From a virus, in the IMG/VR virus record IMGVR_UViG_3300021961_000054, positions 17,217 to 81,216 of that record: a stretch of 64,000 nucleotides of DNA; one strand, given 5' to 3'. Position numbers and translations under genes: made by a program. A model generated the notes under the pieces. That model saw nothing but the letters and a program-made list of their open reading frames with translations. It was not told where the DNA came from and searched no databases. This document shows, piece after piece, positions 21,615 through 30,403 of the stretch. How positions within the stretch are numbered: the first letter of the stretch is position 1; the number at the start of each line of letters is the position of its first letter.

Positions 21615-24092
21615 ATGGCATATATAATAAAAAATACATCGGGATTAGTAAACACTAGAGTTACAGACATTGGACGCCAAAAATTATCACAAGGTAACTT
21701 TAAAATTTCATATTTTCAGATTGGAGATAGTGAAATTTCATATGATAAAATTCCACAAAATTATAACCAATCAAATAGCTTTGTATTAGAGCCGCAATTT
21801 AATTCACAAAATGCCGCAGGTGTTCCACAATCAAATAGACAATATGTAAAATATCCATATTTAGTTGATGAAGCACAAACCAATATATATGGAATTCCAT
21901 ATATGGATTCACTAATTGAATCTGTATTTAATAGAGCACCACTTAGAGGATTTTTTACTGGGGACACAACACAAGGTATAATAAATTGGGACTTATTGAC
22001 TAATGACAAATATGTTGTTAGTGCAAATTATATTGTAAATACTGCAACCCTAAATGGGTCTAATCAAATTGAAATTATATATTCAGGAACTAATACTAGT
22101 AATTTACAAACACCACAAATTGGTGATATAATTACAATATACTATGATGGTAAAGCCAAAAATAACGTTGAGTGTTTTAATTTGCCAACACCAACACCAA
22201 CACCAAGTATTAGTTCATCACCAACAACCGCAACTACAACAACTACAACAACAATAGTTGATTGTGCTTCACCAACACCTACACCTACACCAAGTAAGAC
22301 ACCTTGTTTAACACCAACACCAAGTCCACAATGTCCATTACCACCATACCCAGATTGTTTTATGGGTATGAATAGTTGTACTATAATGTTAACATATAGA
22401 ATTATTGATGTTTGTAAAAATACGTTAACATTAGATAGACCAACACCAGATTATAGATTTTTCCCAAGTGATTGTTATTCTAGAGTAATTATTTACCCAT
22501 CGAATATGACACAAATATACGATAGCATAACCCCAGAGCCACATTGGAACGATCAGGTAATTGATTTTGAATCAATTTGTGATACTGACCAATTTGATGT
22601 TAAAATATGGAATATGAATATACCTTGGACTGAAAATCCAGCAGGGATAATTGAAACACAATATGAAGGATACCAAAATTCATTATCTATTGACTATATT
22701 GGGTCTAAAGAATATTTTGGATATAACTCAAGTGAGGGACAAACAGATACTAGTGCAACTTTTTATTATAATTCATTAGGTGATATTGTAACAACAAAAC
22801 CAGAAGACCAAAAAGCAATTGCGATTATACATTATACAAATCAAACAATAGATTTCTTTTATGGTGAAAAATTTGCATTAGAACCATATAACCCATCGAA
22901 TCCTAGTGATACAACAGGACAAGCAAGAAACTTTAAACTACATATTCCTTGGTTAATGTGGCATAAAAACCCTAATTGTTGTAATGGTCAAACGTTTTGG
23001 GTTGACCCACCAGGATTTGATGACAAAGACTTATTTAAACCATATTATATTAAATCCACAAGGAATGAAACTATGAACCAACCAGGTATTAGGTATTATC
23101 ATTTGTGGGACACAAACAAAAATAACGATGGGCTACCAAATAGAATTGGTAAAGTATTTCCAGATAGTAAATTAGTTATTATTGATGATGATGAGATTAT
23201 TGCTGCAATGTCATATAAAGCAAATAGAAACTGGACATTACCAGCACCACAATTATCACTATTAACACCAAATACATGTGACACAACAACATCACAATTT
23301 GGTATTTTAACAGGTAGTAATCAAACTATGTATGTAACATATAGATTAACAAATAAATTTGGATTTACAAATTCGTTACATTGTAATTATTATGTTAAAA
23401 TACAAGGTAACAATAATGAATGTAATCCAGATACAACTAAAAATGTTGCTATTAGATTTGGCGAAGAGTTTGGATGTTTAATACAACCAGGATATTCACC
23501 AGTTACAACTACTACAACATATTATCCAGTTACAACAACAAGTACTACATACCCATGTTATGGATGTGAACTACCAGATGGGTATTTTGGTGACGAATTC
23601 CAAGTCCTAGCACAAATTGTTGCAACAGGAGAAAGACCGGACCCGACAAAGTGGAAAATAATTGATTTTACAAGTCAAATTAGTAACAATTTTATAAATG
23701 GGTACATAACACAAGAATCAATTGTTAATAGTACCTTTGTTATAACAAATGAGAATTATCAAGCAGCACCTTATTATAATTTAAATGATTATATACCATT
23801 AACACCATTAAATACAACAACTAAAAAATTAAATTTTGGCGATGAGTTTTATTTTTATGGTGCAATAGAAACAGACATACAAGCAACAATATATGAAATG
23901 AAATACAAAATAAACCTAAGTTCAAACGAGTTTCAAGTATCAACAAACCCATCTTGGACATTGGGGACTCCATCATATATAACAGAAATTGCTCTACTTG
24001 ATGATAATAAAGATATTTTGGTTATGTCTAAATTACAATCACCTACATTAAGACAAGGTATACAGCAGTATGTGGTTAAGATAGATTTCTAA
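21615..24092 (+). CDS. Tail-collar/baseplate fibre-attachment-type protein with Pro/Thr mucin-like inserts
   Basis: N-terminal TDIGRQKL...F.IGDSE and C-terminal YITEIALLDDNKDILVMSKL..P bracket a tail-collar-like fold; PTPTPTP and poly-Thr tracts are inserted. Confidence 0.6.
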   Translation: MAYIIKNTSGLVNTRVTDIGRQKLSQGNFKISYFQIGDSEISYDKIPQNYNQSNSFVLEPQFNSQNAAGVPQSNRQYVKYPYLVDEAQTNIYGIPYMDSLIESVFNRAPLRGFFTGDTTQGIINWDLLTNDKYVVSANYIVNTATLNGSNQIEIIYSGTNTSNLQTPQIGDIITIYYDGKAKNNVECFNLPTPTPTPSISSSPTTATTTTTTTIVDCASPTPTPTPSKTPCLTPTPSPQCPLPPYPDCFMGMNSCTIMLTYRIIDVCKNTLTLDRPTPDYRFFPSDCYSRVIIYPSNMTQIYDSITPEPHWNDQVIDFESICDTDQFDVKIWNMNIPWTENPAGIIETQYEGYQNSLSIDYIGSKEYFGYNSSEGQTDTSATFYYNSLGDIVTTKPEDQKAIAIIHYTNQTIDFFYGEKFALEPYNPSNPSDTTGQARNFKLHIPWLMWHKNPNCCNGQTFWVDPPGFDDKDLFKPYYIKSTRNETMNQPGIRYYHLWDTNKNNDGLPNRIGKVFPDSKLVIIDDDEIIAAMSYKANRNWTLPAPQLSLLTPNTCDTTTSQFGILTGSNQTMYVTYRLTNKFGFTNSLHCNYYVKIQGNNNECNPDTTKNVAIRFGEEFGCLIQPGYSPVTTTTTYYPVTTTSTTYPCYGCELPDGYFGDEFQVLAQIVATGERPDPTKWKIIDFTSQISNNFINGYITQESIVNSTFVITNENYQAAPYYNLNDYIPLTPLNTTTKKLNFGDEFYFYGAIETDIQATIYEMKYKINLSSNEFQVSTNPSWTLGTPSYITEIALLDDNKDILVMSKLQSPTLRQGIQQYVVKIDF

Positions 24093-24143
24093 AAAACATT
24101 TAGTTTTAAATAAAATCAATTACTTTCTAATAAAACATAGTAT

Positions 24144-24752
24144 ATGGCAAAAGATATTAAAAACACACCAAAGGTTTTAGGATTAGACATATCAACAAAA
24201 ACAATAGGGTGGGCATTATTTGACGTAAAAAGTCAAGAGTTACTAGAATTAACACACATCTCACCTAGGCCAAAAATGGATAAAAATAATGATGATAAAT
24301 TAAAAGAGTTATTACTTAAGTCTGAAATTTTTGCACAAAAACTAATGGAATATAAAAATTTAGGTATATTAAAAGTGATAATTGAAGAACCATTATTAAA
24401 CTCAAACAACATATACACAATACAAACACTATTAAGATTTAATAGCTTTATTTTTAAAGAAATTTATAATATTTTAGGAATTGTACCACAATTTATATCA
24501 ACATATAACGCAAGAAAATTTGCCTGGCCAGAACTAGTAAAAGAAAACGAAAAGGGTAAACACGTATTATTTGGCGGCCTACCAAAGGATATTGATAAAA
24601 AAATGTTAGTATGGGAAAAAGTAGCAAAAAAAGAACCACAAATTATATGGTCATACACAAAAAATAATACACTTAGAAAAGAAAATTTTGATCAAACAGA
24701 CGCGTATACTTGCGTCTTAGGCTATATGAAATCAAATGAAATTTGGAAATAA
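24144..24752 (+). CDS. RuvC-like Holliday junction resolvase
   Basis: VLGLDISTKTIGWA (catalytic D), IIEEP (E) and DQTDA (DxxD) RNase H-fold motifs. Confidence 0.75.
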   Translation: MAKDIKNTPKVLGLDISTKTIGWALFDVKSQELLELTHISPRPKMDKNNDDKLKELLLKSEIFAQKLMEYKNLGILKVIIEEPLLNSNNIYTIQTLLRFNSFIFKEIYNILGIVPQFISTYNARKFAWPELVKENEKGKHVLFGGLPKDIDKKMLVWEKVAKKEPQIIWSYTKNNTLRKENFDQTDAYTCVLGYMKSNEIWK

Positions 24753-25847
24753 TTAATTACATAAATTACCAGTAACATCAATTTCCAGTAATGGCCCACC
24801 TGGGAAACTAGTTTGCACTGGTGTAGTCGCTGAACAAAGAATTATTGTGTCTCCTTTATTAATAACCCCAGATATATTACCAGTACAATCAGAGAATTCA
24901 AAACTAATTCCAATTTGGTTACCATTGTATATATGATACTCATTTAAAATACAAGGAGCTTCAGTTGTGGTAGTTGTTGTTGTCGAAGTTGAAGTCGAAG
25001 TTGTTGTTGTTTGAGGAGGTGGACACTCTAAACAAGCACCATCTTTCTCTAAACCAATCTCATACAAAACCTTAATATTGTCTATACCACTTATATTATC
25101 GGCTAAACCAAGGAATGTAGCACATGTCGTATATGAATTAGTTAACGTATTAATCTGAATCTTGTAAACGACCCCCTGATTAATTATGGTATTTTCAGCA
25201 ATTAAATTTAAGACCTCTGATGTATAATACTCAAAACCATTAAAACAATCCTTAAACACTTTTGTATTACCACATCTCATATACTCATCAAATATGTTAA
25301 ATGTGACAATACCATCGAAAATACATTTACGATTAATTGTTGTTGTTGTAGTTGTTGTTGGAACAAATGTTGTAGTAGTTGTTGTATATGTTATAGCAGA
25401 ATAACTAATAGAAACACCGCTACATAAATCTGGAGGTATTGTAGTTGTTGTAGTTGTTGTAGTTGTTGCAGATGTTGTCGTGGTAGTTGTTGGAACAATA
25501 CAATCAAAGATTGCGTCAAAATCAAAGACATCACAAGGTGAAGTTGTTGTAGTTGTAGTTGTAGGACAAGCACCAGAGGAGCTAGCAACAAGGGATATAC
25601 CGTCCCAAAAGTCAGGACATACCGAGAAACTATTTAAAGGACCAAATTGATCACAAGTCCCGCCCAATGAACTTGATAAACACCATAGATTTTCAGTTAC
25701 CCCAGTGCTAAAATAAATAAAATAAGATGATGTTATACCAGTATAGTAATTGTATCCATTGTATGTACCACCAGAAAGGAATACATCATCATATACGTAT
25801 CCAGTATTAAATATACAAACAGTACTTCCAGTACAAGTAAAAGACAT
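24753..25847 (-). CDS. Cys-rich virion-type protein with four poly-Thr mucin-like tracts
   Basis: ATG at 25847 overlaps the upstream TGA; Cys-rich modules are separated by TTTTTTT runs. Confidence 0.65.
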   Translation of the reverse strand: MSFTCTGSTVCIFNTGYVYDDVFLSGGTYNGYNYYTGITSSYFIYFSTGVTENLWCLSSSLGGTCDQFGPLNSFSVCPDFWDGISLVASSSGACPTTTTTTTSPCDVFDFDAIFDCIVPTTTTTTSATTTTTTTTTIPPDLCSGVSISYSAITYTTTTTTFVPTTTTTTTINRKCIFDGIVTFNIFDEYMRCGNTKVFKDCFNGFEYYTSEVLNLIAENTIINQGVVYKIQINTLTNSYTTCATFLGLADNISGIDNIKVLYEIGLEKDGACLECPPPQTTTTSTSTSTTTTTTTEAPCILNEYHIYNGNQIGISFEFSDCTGNISGVINKGDTIILCSATTPVQTSFPGGPLLEIDVTGNLCN

Positions 25848-26068
25848 CAAACATTAATTATTTCATTTATTTCACAACTATTATCATCAATAACTCTTAG
25901 TGTAAAATTTCCAGAGTTAGTCAGTAATGTAGGAACTTCAAAAGTGTAGGGAAAGTCACCAGGTGTTATTGTATTTACATAAATACAAGTTGTATATCCA
26001 GTATCACAAACATAAACATTAAATGGTGTTTGGCCTGAAATATCGTTAATAATAACATCTGTTGGCAT
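25847..26068 (-). CDS. Small Cys-containing virion protein (paralog of 16904..17200)
   Basis: ISGQTPFNVYVC...C...RVIDDNSCE; TATTTAT motif upstream on the minus strand. Confidence 0.6.
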   Translation of the reverse strand: MPTDVIINDISGQTPFNVYVCDTGYTTCIYVNTITPGDFPYTFEVPTLLTNSGNFTLRVIDDNSCEINEIINV

Positions 26069-26084
26069 TATCTATCTTTTTATG

Positions 26085-26091
26085 ATAAATA
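26085..26091 (-). promoter_or_regulatory. TATTTAT putative late promoter (minus strand)
   Basis: ATAAATA on plus, 16 nt upstream of the minus-strand ATG at 26068. Confidence 0.5.
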
Positions 26092-26144
26092 TAGAAAACT
26101 AAAAAAACTTGTATAGTTGATAATATAAAATATTATTATTAATC

Positions 26145-26176
26145 TTTGGTTTTTTAAAAAAAAATACATATATTTG
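26145..26176 (+). promoter_or_regulatory. Bacteroidota primary-sigma promoter (-33 TTTG / -7 TAnnTTTG)
   Basis: TTTG 26145-26148, 20-nt spacer, TATATTTG 26169-26176, upstream of 26215. Confidence 0.65.
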
Positions 26177-26214
26177 TCCTATAATTTTAAAATTGAATAA
26201 ATAACTGATAATAT

Positions 26215-26736
26215 ATGTTTGATGTAAAGGATTATTTTAATAAAAATAGAAGAGATCACTATTGGAAACCAAATAAAGAAAAATATAAAAGATTCTTTAG
26301 GAGAAAATTAATGGAATTAAAAATTGCAATTGATTTAAAAACATTAGAATCTGATTTAAAGTTAGACACTTATAGATCCCTAGGTTATATGGGAATTGGA
26401 ACACAAAGTGGATTAAGTCTTGGAATAAAAACGGAAGATGTGATAAAAACTAAGAAAAAATTGGCTGATCATGTAATTGGTACAGTCCAAATTGGTACGT
26501 TTATACATAGCGAGTGTGAAAAATATAATTGGGATTATGATTATATGGTCGACACATGGTTATATGATAATCTTTGGATTTGGGCTACAATTTTTGTATC
26601 TAAAAATGAACATAAAAACGAAAACATTAGAATTAACGCAGATACTATCGAAGATAAAAGATTCTTAAGACACTATTTAAATGTTTCCGATTTTTACGAA
26701 TCAAAATTAAATGGTAAAAAATTAATATTTGATTAA
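26215..26736 (+). CDS. Hypothetical protein, possible His-Me (HNH-like) nuclease
   Basis: 173-aa ORF with its own promoter; LADHVIG...TIFVSKNEH weakly resembles a betabetaalpha-metal motif. Confidence 0.4.
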   Translation: MFDVKDYFNKNRRDHYWKPNKEKYKRFFRRKLMELKIAIDLKTLESDLKLDTYRSLGYMGIGTQSGLSLGIKTEDVIKTKKKLADHVIGTVQIGTFIHSECEKYNWDYDYMVDTWLYDNLWIWATIFVSKNEHKNENIRINADTIEDKRFLRHYLNVSDFYESKLNGKKLIFD

Positions 26737-26763
26737 TTAAAATATTTCATATAATATGTCTTA

Positions 26764-27666
26764 ATGGAAGAAGAAGAGGCAATAGTTGAACTATTAGAAG
26801 AAATACTAGGAGATTATGGACTACATTACTCAAATAAAGGACAGATATCCTTTAATTGTCCAGTTTGTGATGAAGGTAGAGGAAAACATAATTTAGAAAT
26901 CAACTATATTTCAAACGTATATAAATGCTGGAGTTGTGGTGAAATAGAAGGAACACATGGTAGTTTAGGTAAACTATTTGATAAGTTTGGAACTAAAAAA
27001 CAAAAAAAGTTATTTAATATTCTAAAACCAGATCAAGTAGAAACAAAAAAACAAAAAAAGAAACCAAAGTTAGTTATTCCGGAAAGCTATACCAAATTTA
27101 AAGACTCTAGCCCTATATACCCAGTTAGAAGACAGGCGTATAACTACCTTAAAAGTCGTGGAATAACTGATGAAATAATTGAAAAATTTGACATTGGTTT
27201 TTGTGACAAAGGAAGTCATATTGGAAGAATTATAGTCCCTTCTTACAATAAAAAGGGTGAGTTAAATTATTATGTTGGTAGAAGTTGGGACATAAAAAGT
27301 AAGGCCAAATATAGAAATCCTGAAGCAGAAAAAGATCAAATAATTTTTTGGGAAAACCTAATTGATTGGAACAAAGATATATACCTTGTTGAAGGGGCTT
27401 TTGATGGGATGTTTTTAGATAACCCAGTTGTGATGCTTGGAAAACATATGTCAGAACTTCTTTTTGAAACAATATATAATAATGCAAAAGGAAATGTTAT
27501 AATTTGTTTAGATGGTGATGCCTGGAGTAACGCTGTTAAATTATATCATGAACTTAATGGGGGCGAATTATGGGGTAGAGTTAAAATCGTAAAATTACCA
27601 AAAGATCAGGATGTTTGTGACCTTAAAGGACAAATAGATGATTATTATTTTGAAATAAAGGACTAA
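26764..27666 (+). CDS. DNA primase (DnaG/T4 gp61-like)
   Basis: Zn finger CPVC...H...CWSC; YLKSRGIT; TOPRIM LVEGAFD and CLDGD. Confidence 0.9.
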   Translation: MEEEEAIVELLEEILGDYGLHYSNKGQISFNCPVCDEGRGKHNLEINYISNVYKCWSCGEIEGTHGSLGKLFDKFGTKKQKKLFNILKPDQVETKKQKKKPKLVIPESYTKFKDSSPIYPVRRQAYNYLKSRGITDEIIEKFDIGFCDKGSHIGRIIVPSYNKKGELNYYVGRSWDIKSKAKYRNPEAEKDQIIFWENLIDWNKDIYLVEGAFDGMFLDNPVVMLGKHMSELLFETIYNNAKGNVIICLDGDAWSNAVKLYHELNGGELWGRVKIVKLPKDQDVCDLKGQIDDYYFEIKD

Positions 27667-27944
27667 TGGATATAAATTTAGAAGCAAACAAATTTTTATT
27701 TGAACTCAAAGTGGGGGAAGGGTATAATGACATTGTAGTAATAAAAAGAACCAAAAAAAGAATATACTTTTCAAACAATATCATAGTTCATATAAAAAAA
27801 CTTGAGAATGGGTTATTATATCTTGACTCAAAATTAAACAATAAAAAGTACCCAATAATCAACCAAGTATTAAGAGATATTGAAGGTTGGTTGGTTTATA
27901 AAAAACTTACAGAAAATTATGGATTTAAAAAAAGTAGCAAATGA
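27666..27944 (+). CDS. Hypothetical protein
   Basis: 92-aa ORF coupled to the primase stop (TAATG); its 5' end resembles that of the downstream nuclease gene. Confidence 0.55.
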   Translation: MDINLEANKFLFELKVGEGYNDIVVIKRTKKRIYFSNNIIVHIKKLENGLLYLDSKLNNKKYPIINQVLRDIEGWLVYKKLTENYGFKKSSK

Positions 27945-28785
27945 ATTGCGTCAAATTTTAGATAGAAAACGGGAAAATTTCCGATTATCCTTTGAGGAGG
28001 ATACACACAAATACACAATGTTAGACGTTGATGGGGAGTTAAAATCGGACTTCCCATCAGTATCTAAAGTAATGAAATTATTTTATGATGAATTTCCCGC
28101 AGATAAAAAAGCTTTTGAAATGGCGGGAGGAGACCCAGATGAAACTGAAAGAATTTTAGCAGAATGGGCCGAAAAAGGAAGGATATCTACAAGCACAGGA
28201 TCTAGAGTTCATTATTTTTTGGAAGAACATACCTTACAAGAATTTGATATTGATAAAGAAGTTAGACAACCAATTTTTGATTGTGATGCAGAACAAGTTG
28301 TTATTAGTGACACAATGATAACCGCTGGTAAAAGATATATTGATTTACTTAAGGAAAGGGGTTGTGTTTTACTAGATACTGAAATTGTTTTAGGTCATCC
28401 AGAATTAGGATATACCGGACAACCTGATAAAGTTTGGGTTGTTGAAAGTGTTAATGGTGAACCAGGTCTACTAATCACAGACTGGAAAACAAATAAGGAA
28501 AAAAACTTTATAGTACAAAGATATATAAAACCAATGAGACCACCATTTGAGAACCTACCAAACAATGCCCTAGGTCACTATAAAACACAACTTCCATTAT
28601 ATGGTAAGTTATTACTCAAAATGTTAGAAGGTACAAAATATGAAAATATACCATTACTAGGTTGTATCATTGTTAGGTTAACAGAAGATAGAGAATATGT
28701 CGAATATAGAGTTGATAAATCCACAATAAATACTATACTTAATATGGATATTAAACCAATGTTGAAAAAAATAAAAAATAAATAA
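27919..28785 (+). CDS. PD-(D/E)XK exonuclease
   Basis: F.EDTHKY, PSVS, GSRVH..LE, E..L.....GYTGQPD, ITDWKT, QL.LY. ATG 27919 is preferred over the TTG in the ORF track. Confidence 0.85.
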   Translation: MDLKKVANELRQILDRKRENFRLSFEEDTHKYTMLDVDGELKSDFPSVSKVMKLFYDEFPADKKAFEMAGGDPDETERILAEWAEKGRISTSTGSRVHYFLEEHTLQEFDIDKEVRQPIFDCDAEQVVISDTMITAGKRYIDLLKERGCVLLDTEIVLGHPELGYTGQPDKVWVVESVNGEPGLLITDWKTNKEKNFIVQRYIKPMRPPFENLPNNALGHYKTQLPLYGKLLLKMLEGTKYENIPLLGCIIVRLTEDREYVEYRVDKSTINTILNMDIKPMLKKIKNK

Positions 28786-28792
28786 TAATAAA

Positions 28793-28915
28793 ATGAGTGA
28801 TAGACCAAAATGCGGATGTGGAAACACACAAAACCCAGAAGGTTATTGTGATGGATCACATTTAAAATTAGTAAAAGAAGAAACAAATAAAGAAAAAGAA
28901 GAAAAAAAAGATTAA
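28793..28915 (+). CDS. Minimal CDGSH iron-sulfur (2Fe-2S) domain protein
   Basis: Not in the ORF track. Translates MSDRPKCGCGNTQNPEGYCDGSHLKLVKEETNKEKEEKKD, with C-x-C...CDGSH. Confidence 0.75.
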   Translation: MSDRPKCGCGNTQNPEGYCDGSHLKLVKEETNKEKEEKKD

Positions 28916-28918
28916 GTT

Positions 28919-29134
28919 ATGGAAGACATTATTAAACCAAGAATTGATTTAAAACAACAAGAAACTATAAAATGTGAAAAGTGTGAGTCAAAATTCTTTA
29001 AAGAAGTCACAATGCTTAAAAAGGTACCAAAATTATTAACAGGATCCCAAGAAGATACACTAGTACCATTCCCAACTTATATGTGCAATGAGTGTGGACA
29101 CGTAAATAAAGATTTTGAACTTTTTATTGATTAA
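28919..29134 (+). CDS. Zinc-ribbon protein
   Basis: CEKC ... CNECGH. Confidence 0.65.
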   Translation: MEDIIKPRIDLKQQETIKCEKCESKFFKEVTMLKKVPKLLTGSQEDTLVPFPTYMCNECGHVNKDFELFID

Positions 29135-29136
29135 AA

Positions 29137-29283
29137 ATGGAAGTTGGAAAAATGACAATAAGTGAAGCCTATAAACATTTACAACCAATTGCTAATGCAT
29201 ATGGTTTAAGGTTAAATAGAGTTAAAGATTTTAGATTTGCAAGACTAGTTTTAGTAAACCTCTATAATAGGGAACTAATATGA
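29137..29283 (+). CDS. Small hypothetical protein (48 aa)
   Basis: MEVGKMTISEAY...NRELI fills the gap and overlaps the next ATG (ATGA). Confidence 0.55.
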   Translation: MEVGKMTISEAYKHLQPIANAYGLRLNRVKDFRFARLVLVNLYNRELI

Positions 29284-29384
29284 AAAAAATATTAAATTAT
29301 ATAAAAAAATGGTGGAAAAGACATATAGTTGATGTTTGTCCACCACACTTAGAGGACGATGAATTTTCCAATAAGTACAGATAA
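29280..29384 (+). CDS. Small hypothetical protein (34 aa)
   Basis: MKKILNYIKKWWKRHIVDVCPPHLEDDEFSNKYR, coupled to the upstream stop. Confidence 0.5.
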   Translation: MKKILNYIKKWWKRHIVDVCPPHLEDDEFSNKYR

Positions 29385-29417
29385 TAATAAACAAATTAAA
29401 AATTAAAAAATGGGAAA
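29385..29417 (+). repeat. Direct repeat copy 1 (leader plus start codon)
   Basis: TAATAAACAAATTAAAAATTAAAAAATGGGAAA; matches 30175-30208 apart from a 1-nt indel. Confidence 0.8.
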
Positions 29418-30177
29418 TTTTATTTATTCTAGGGTGACTATTGAACCTTCAGAAGCGATGGACAAAATTTGTGGTATGATTGAAAATATGCCAAAATCCG
29501 AGTATGGAAAAGAAACAACAACAGTTGTTAAAACATTTTATACCGAAGAAGAATTAAAAAAACCATATAATAATGGTGAGGCAGAATATCCAATAACAGA
29601 TACTGGGGTAAATCACGGATGGTTATATGATAACGTTGGTACTAAATGGATTAGTGTTGGTGTTGACGATGATATTAGAATTGAGTCACCAAGTTACATA
29701 CCTGATGGATTTCTTATTAAATTATATAGTCTATGTATAAATGAGTTTGAAAATGTTAGTGTGACCTGTAAATGGTACGATGAAACAGAAACTCAATGTG
29801 GTACCGCTTTAGTTTGGAATGGTATTTACACTGAAGACGAGGAAACTTTAGAAGGTGAGAATATTTCTGATCCTATTTATGAGGTTATAGGTGAAGAAGA
29901 TATTGACGAGATTAAAGAATGGGTTTTAAGTCAAATTAATGATAACTCATATACTAAACCAGAAGAAGTTGAGTCTATGAATGAAGAGGAACTTCGTTAT
30001 CTATTTGAAGATTGGAAAAATCAGGGTAAATGGGACCACATTACTGATCGTCAACAATCTATGTATTATTCTTGTGAAGAAGCAATTGAAACTGAAGATT
30101 TCGAGTTCCCAATATCAAAAGTTAAAAAAATCGCAAATATGAAATATGAAATGGTAACAGATTGTTATCCTTTTTAA
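29410..30177 (+). CDS. Acidic protein with DUF1281/YubB ferredoxin-like domain
   Basis: GWLYDNVGTKW and ESPSYIP..FLIKL resemble the W..W...WGTKW / F.TAWSPP motifs. Confidence 0.45.
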   Translation: MGNFIYSRVTIEPSEAMDKICGMIENMPKSEYGKETTTVVKTFYTEEELKKPYNNGEAEYPITDTGVNHGWLYDNVGTKWISVGVDDDIRIESPSYIPDGFLIKLYSLCINEFENVSVTCKWYDETETQCGTALVWNGIYTEDEETLEGENISDPIYEVIGEEDIDEIKEWVLSQINDNSYTKPEEVESMNEEELRYLFEDWKNQGKWDHITDRQQSMYYSCEEAIETEDFEFPISKVKKIANMKYEMVTDCYPF

Positions 30178-30208
30178 TAAACAAATTAAAAATTAAAAAA
30201 ATGGGAAA
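30175..30208 (+). repeat. Direct repeat copy 2 (leader plus start codon)
   Basis: Begins at the TAA of 29410..30177 and includes ATG 30201. Confidence 0.8.
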
Positions 30209-30401
30209 AAAACTAATATGGTTTGAGTCTTACACTGTAATCAATAAGTACTCAGCAGAATTAACGGATGAACAAGCTAAACTATTTGAAGAAGATCAAG
30301 ATAGATTTTACGATGAAGTTGATTATATGGAAAACCAAGACTTAGAATGGGATAAAATTAAAAACGAAGAAATGTACGATTTTACTATTGAGGAGGATTA
30401 A
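30201..30401 (+). CDS. Small acidic hypothetical protein
   Basis: ATG 30201 (MGKKLIWFES) is preferred over the TTG start at 30162. Confidence 0.6.
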   Translation: MGKKLIWFESYTVINKYSAELTDEQAKLFEEDQDRFYDEVDYMENQDLEWDKIKNEEMYDFTIEED

Positions 30402-30403
30402 TT

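Noticed and set aside
24144-24752. RuvC-fold gene as a TnpB/Cas12 or transposase
   Set aside because: Only 202 aa, with no zinc ribbon, terminal repeats or room for a guide RNA; it fits a stand-alone resolvase.
24960-25570. GTT/GTA runs as a microsatellite or contingency locus
   Set aside because: Mixed Thr codons (ACA/ACT/ACC/ACG) on the minus strand indicate selection on the protein tract rather than a pure slippage repeat.
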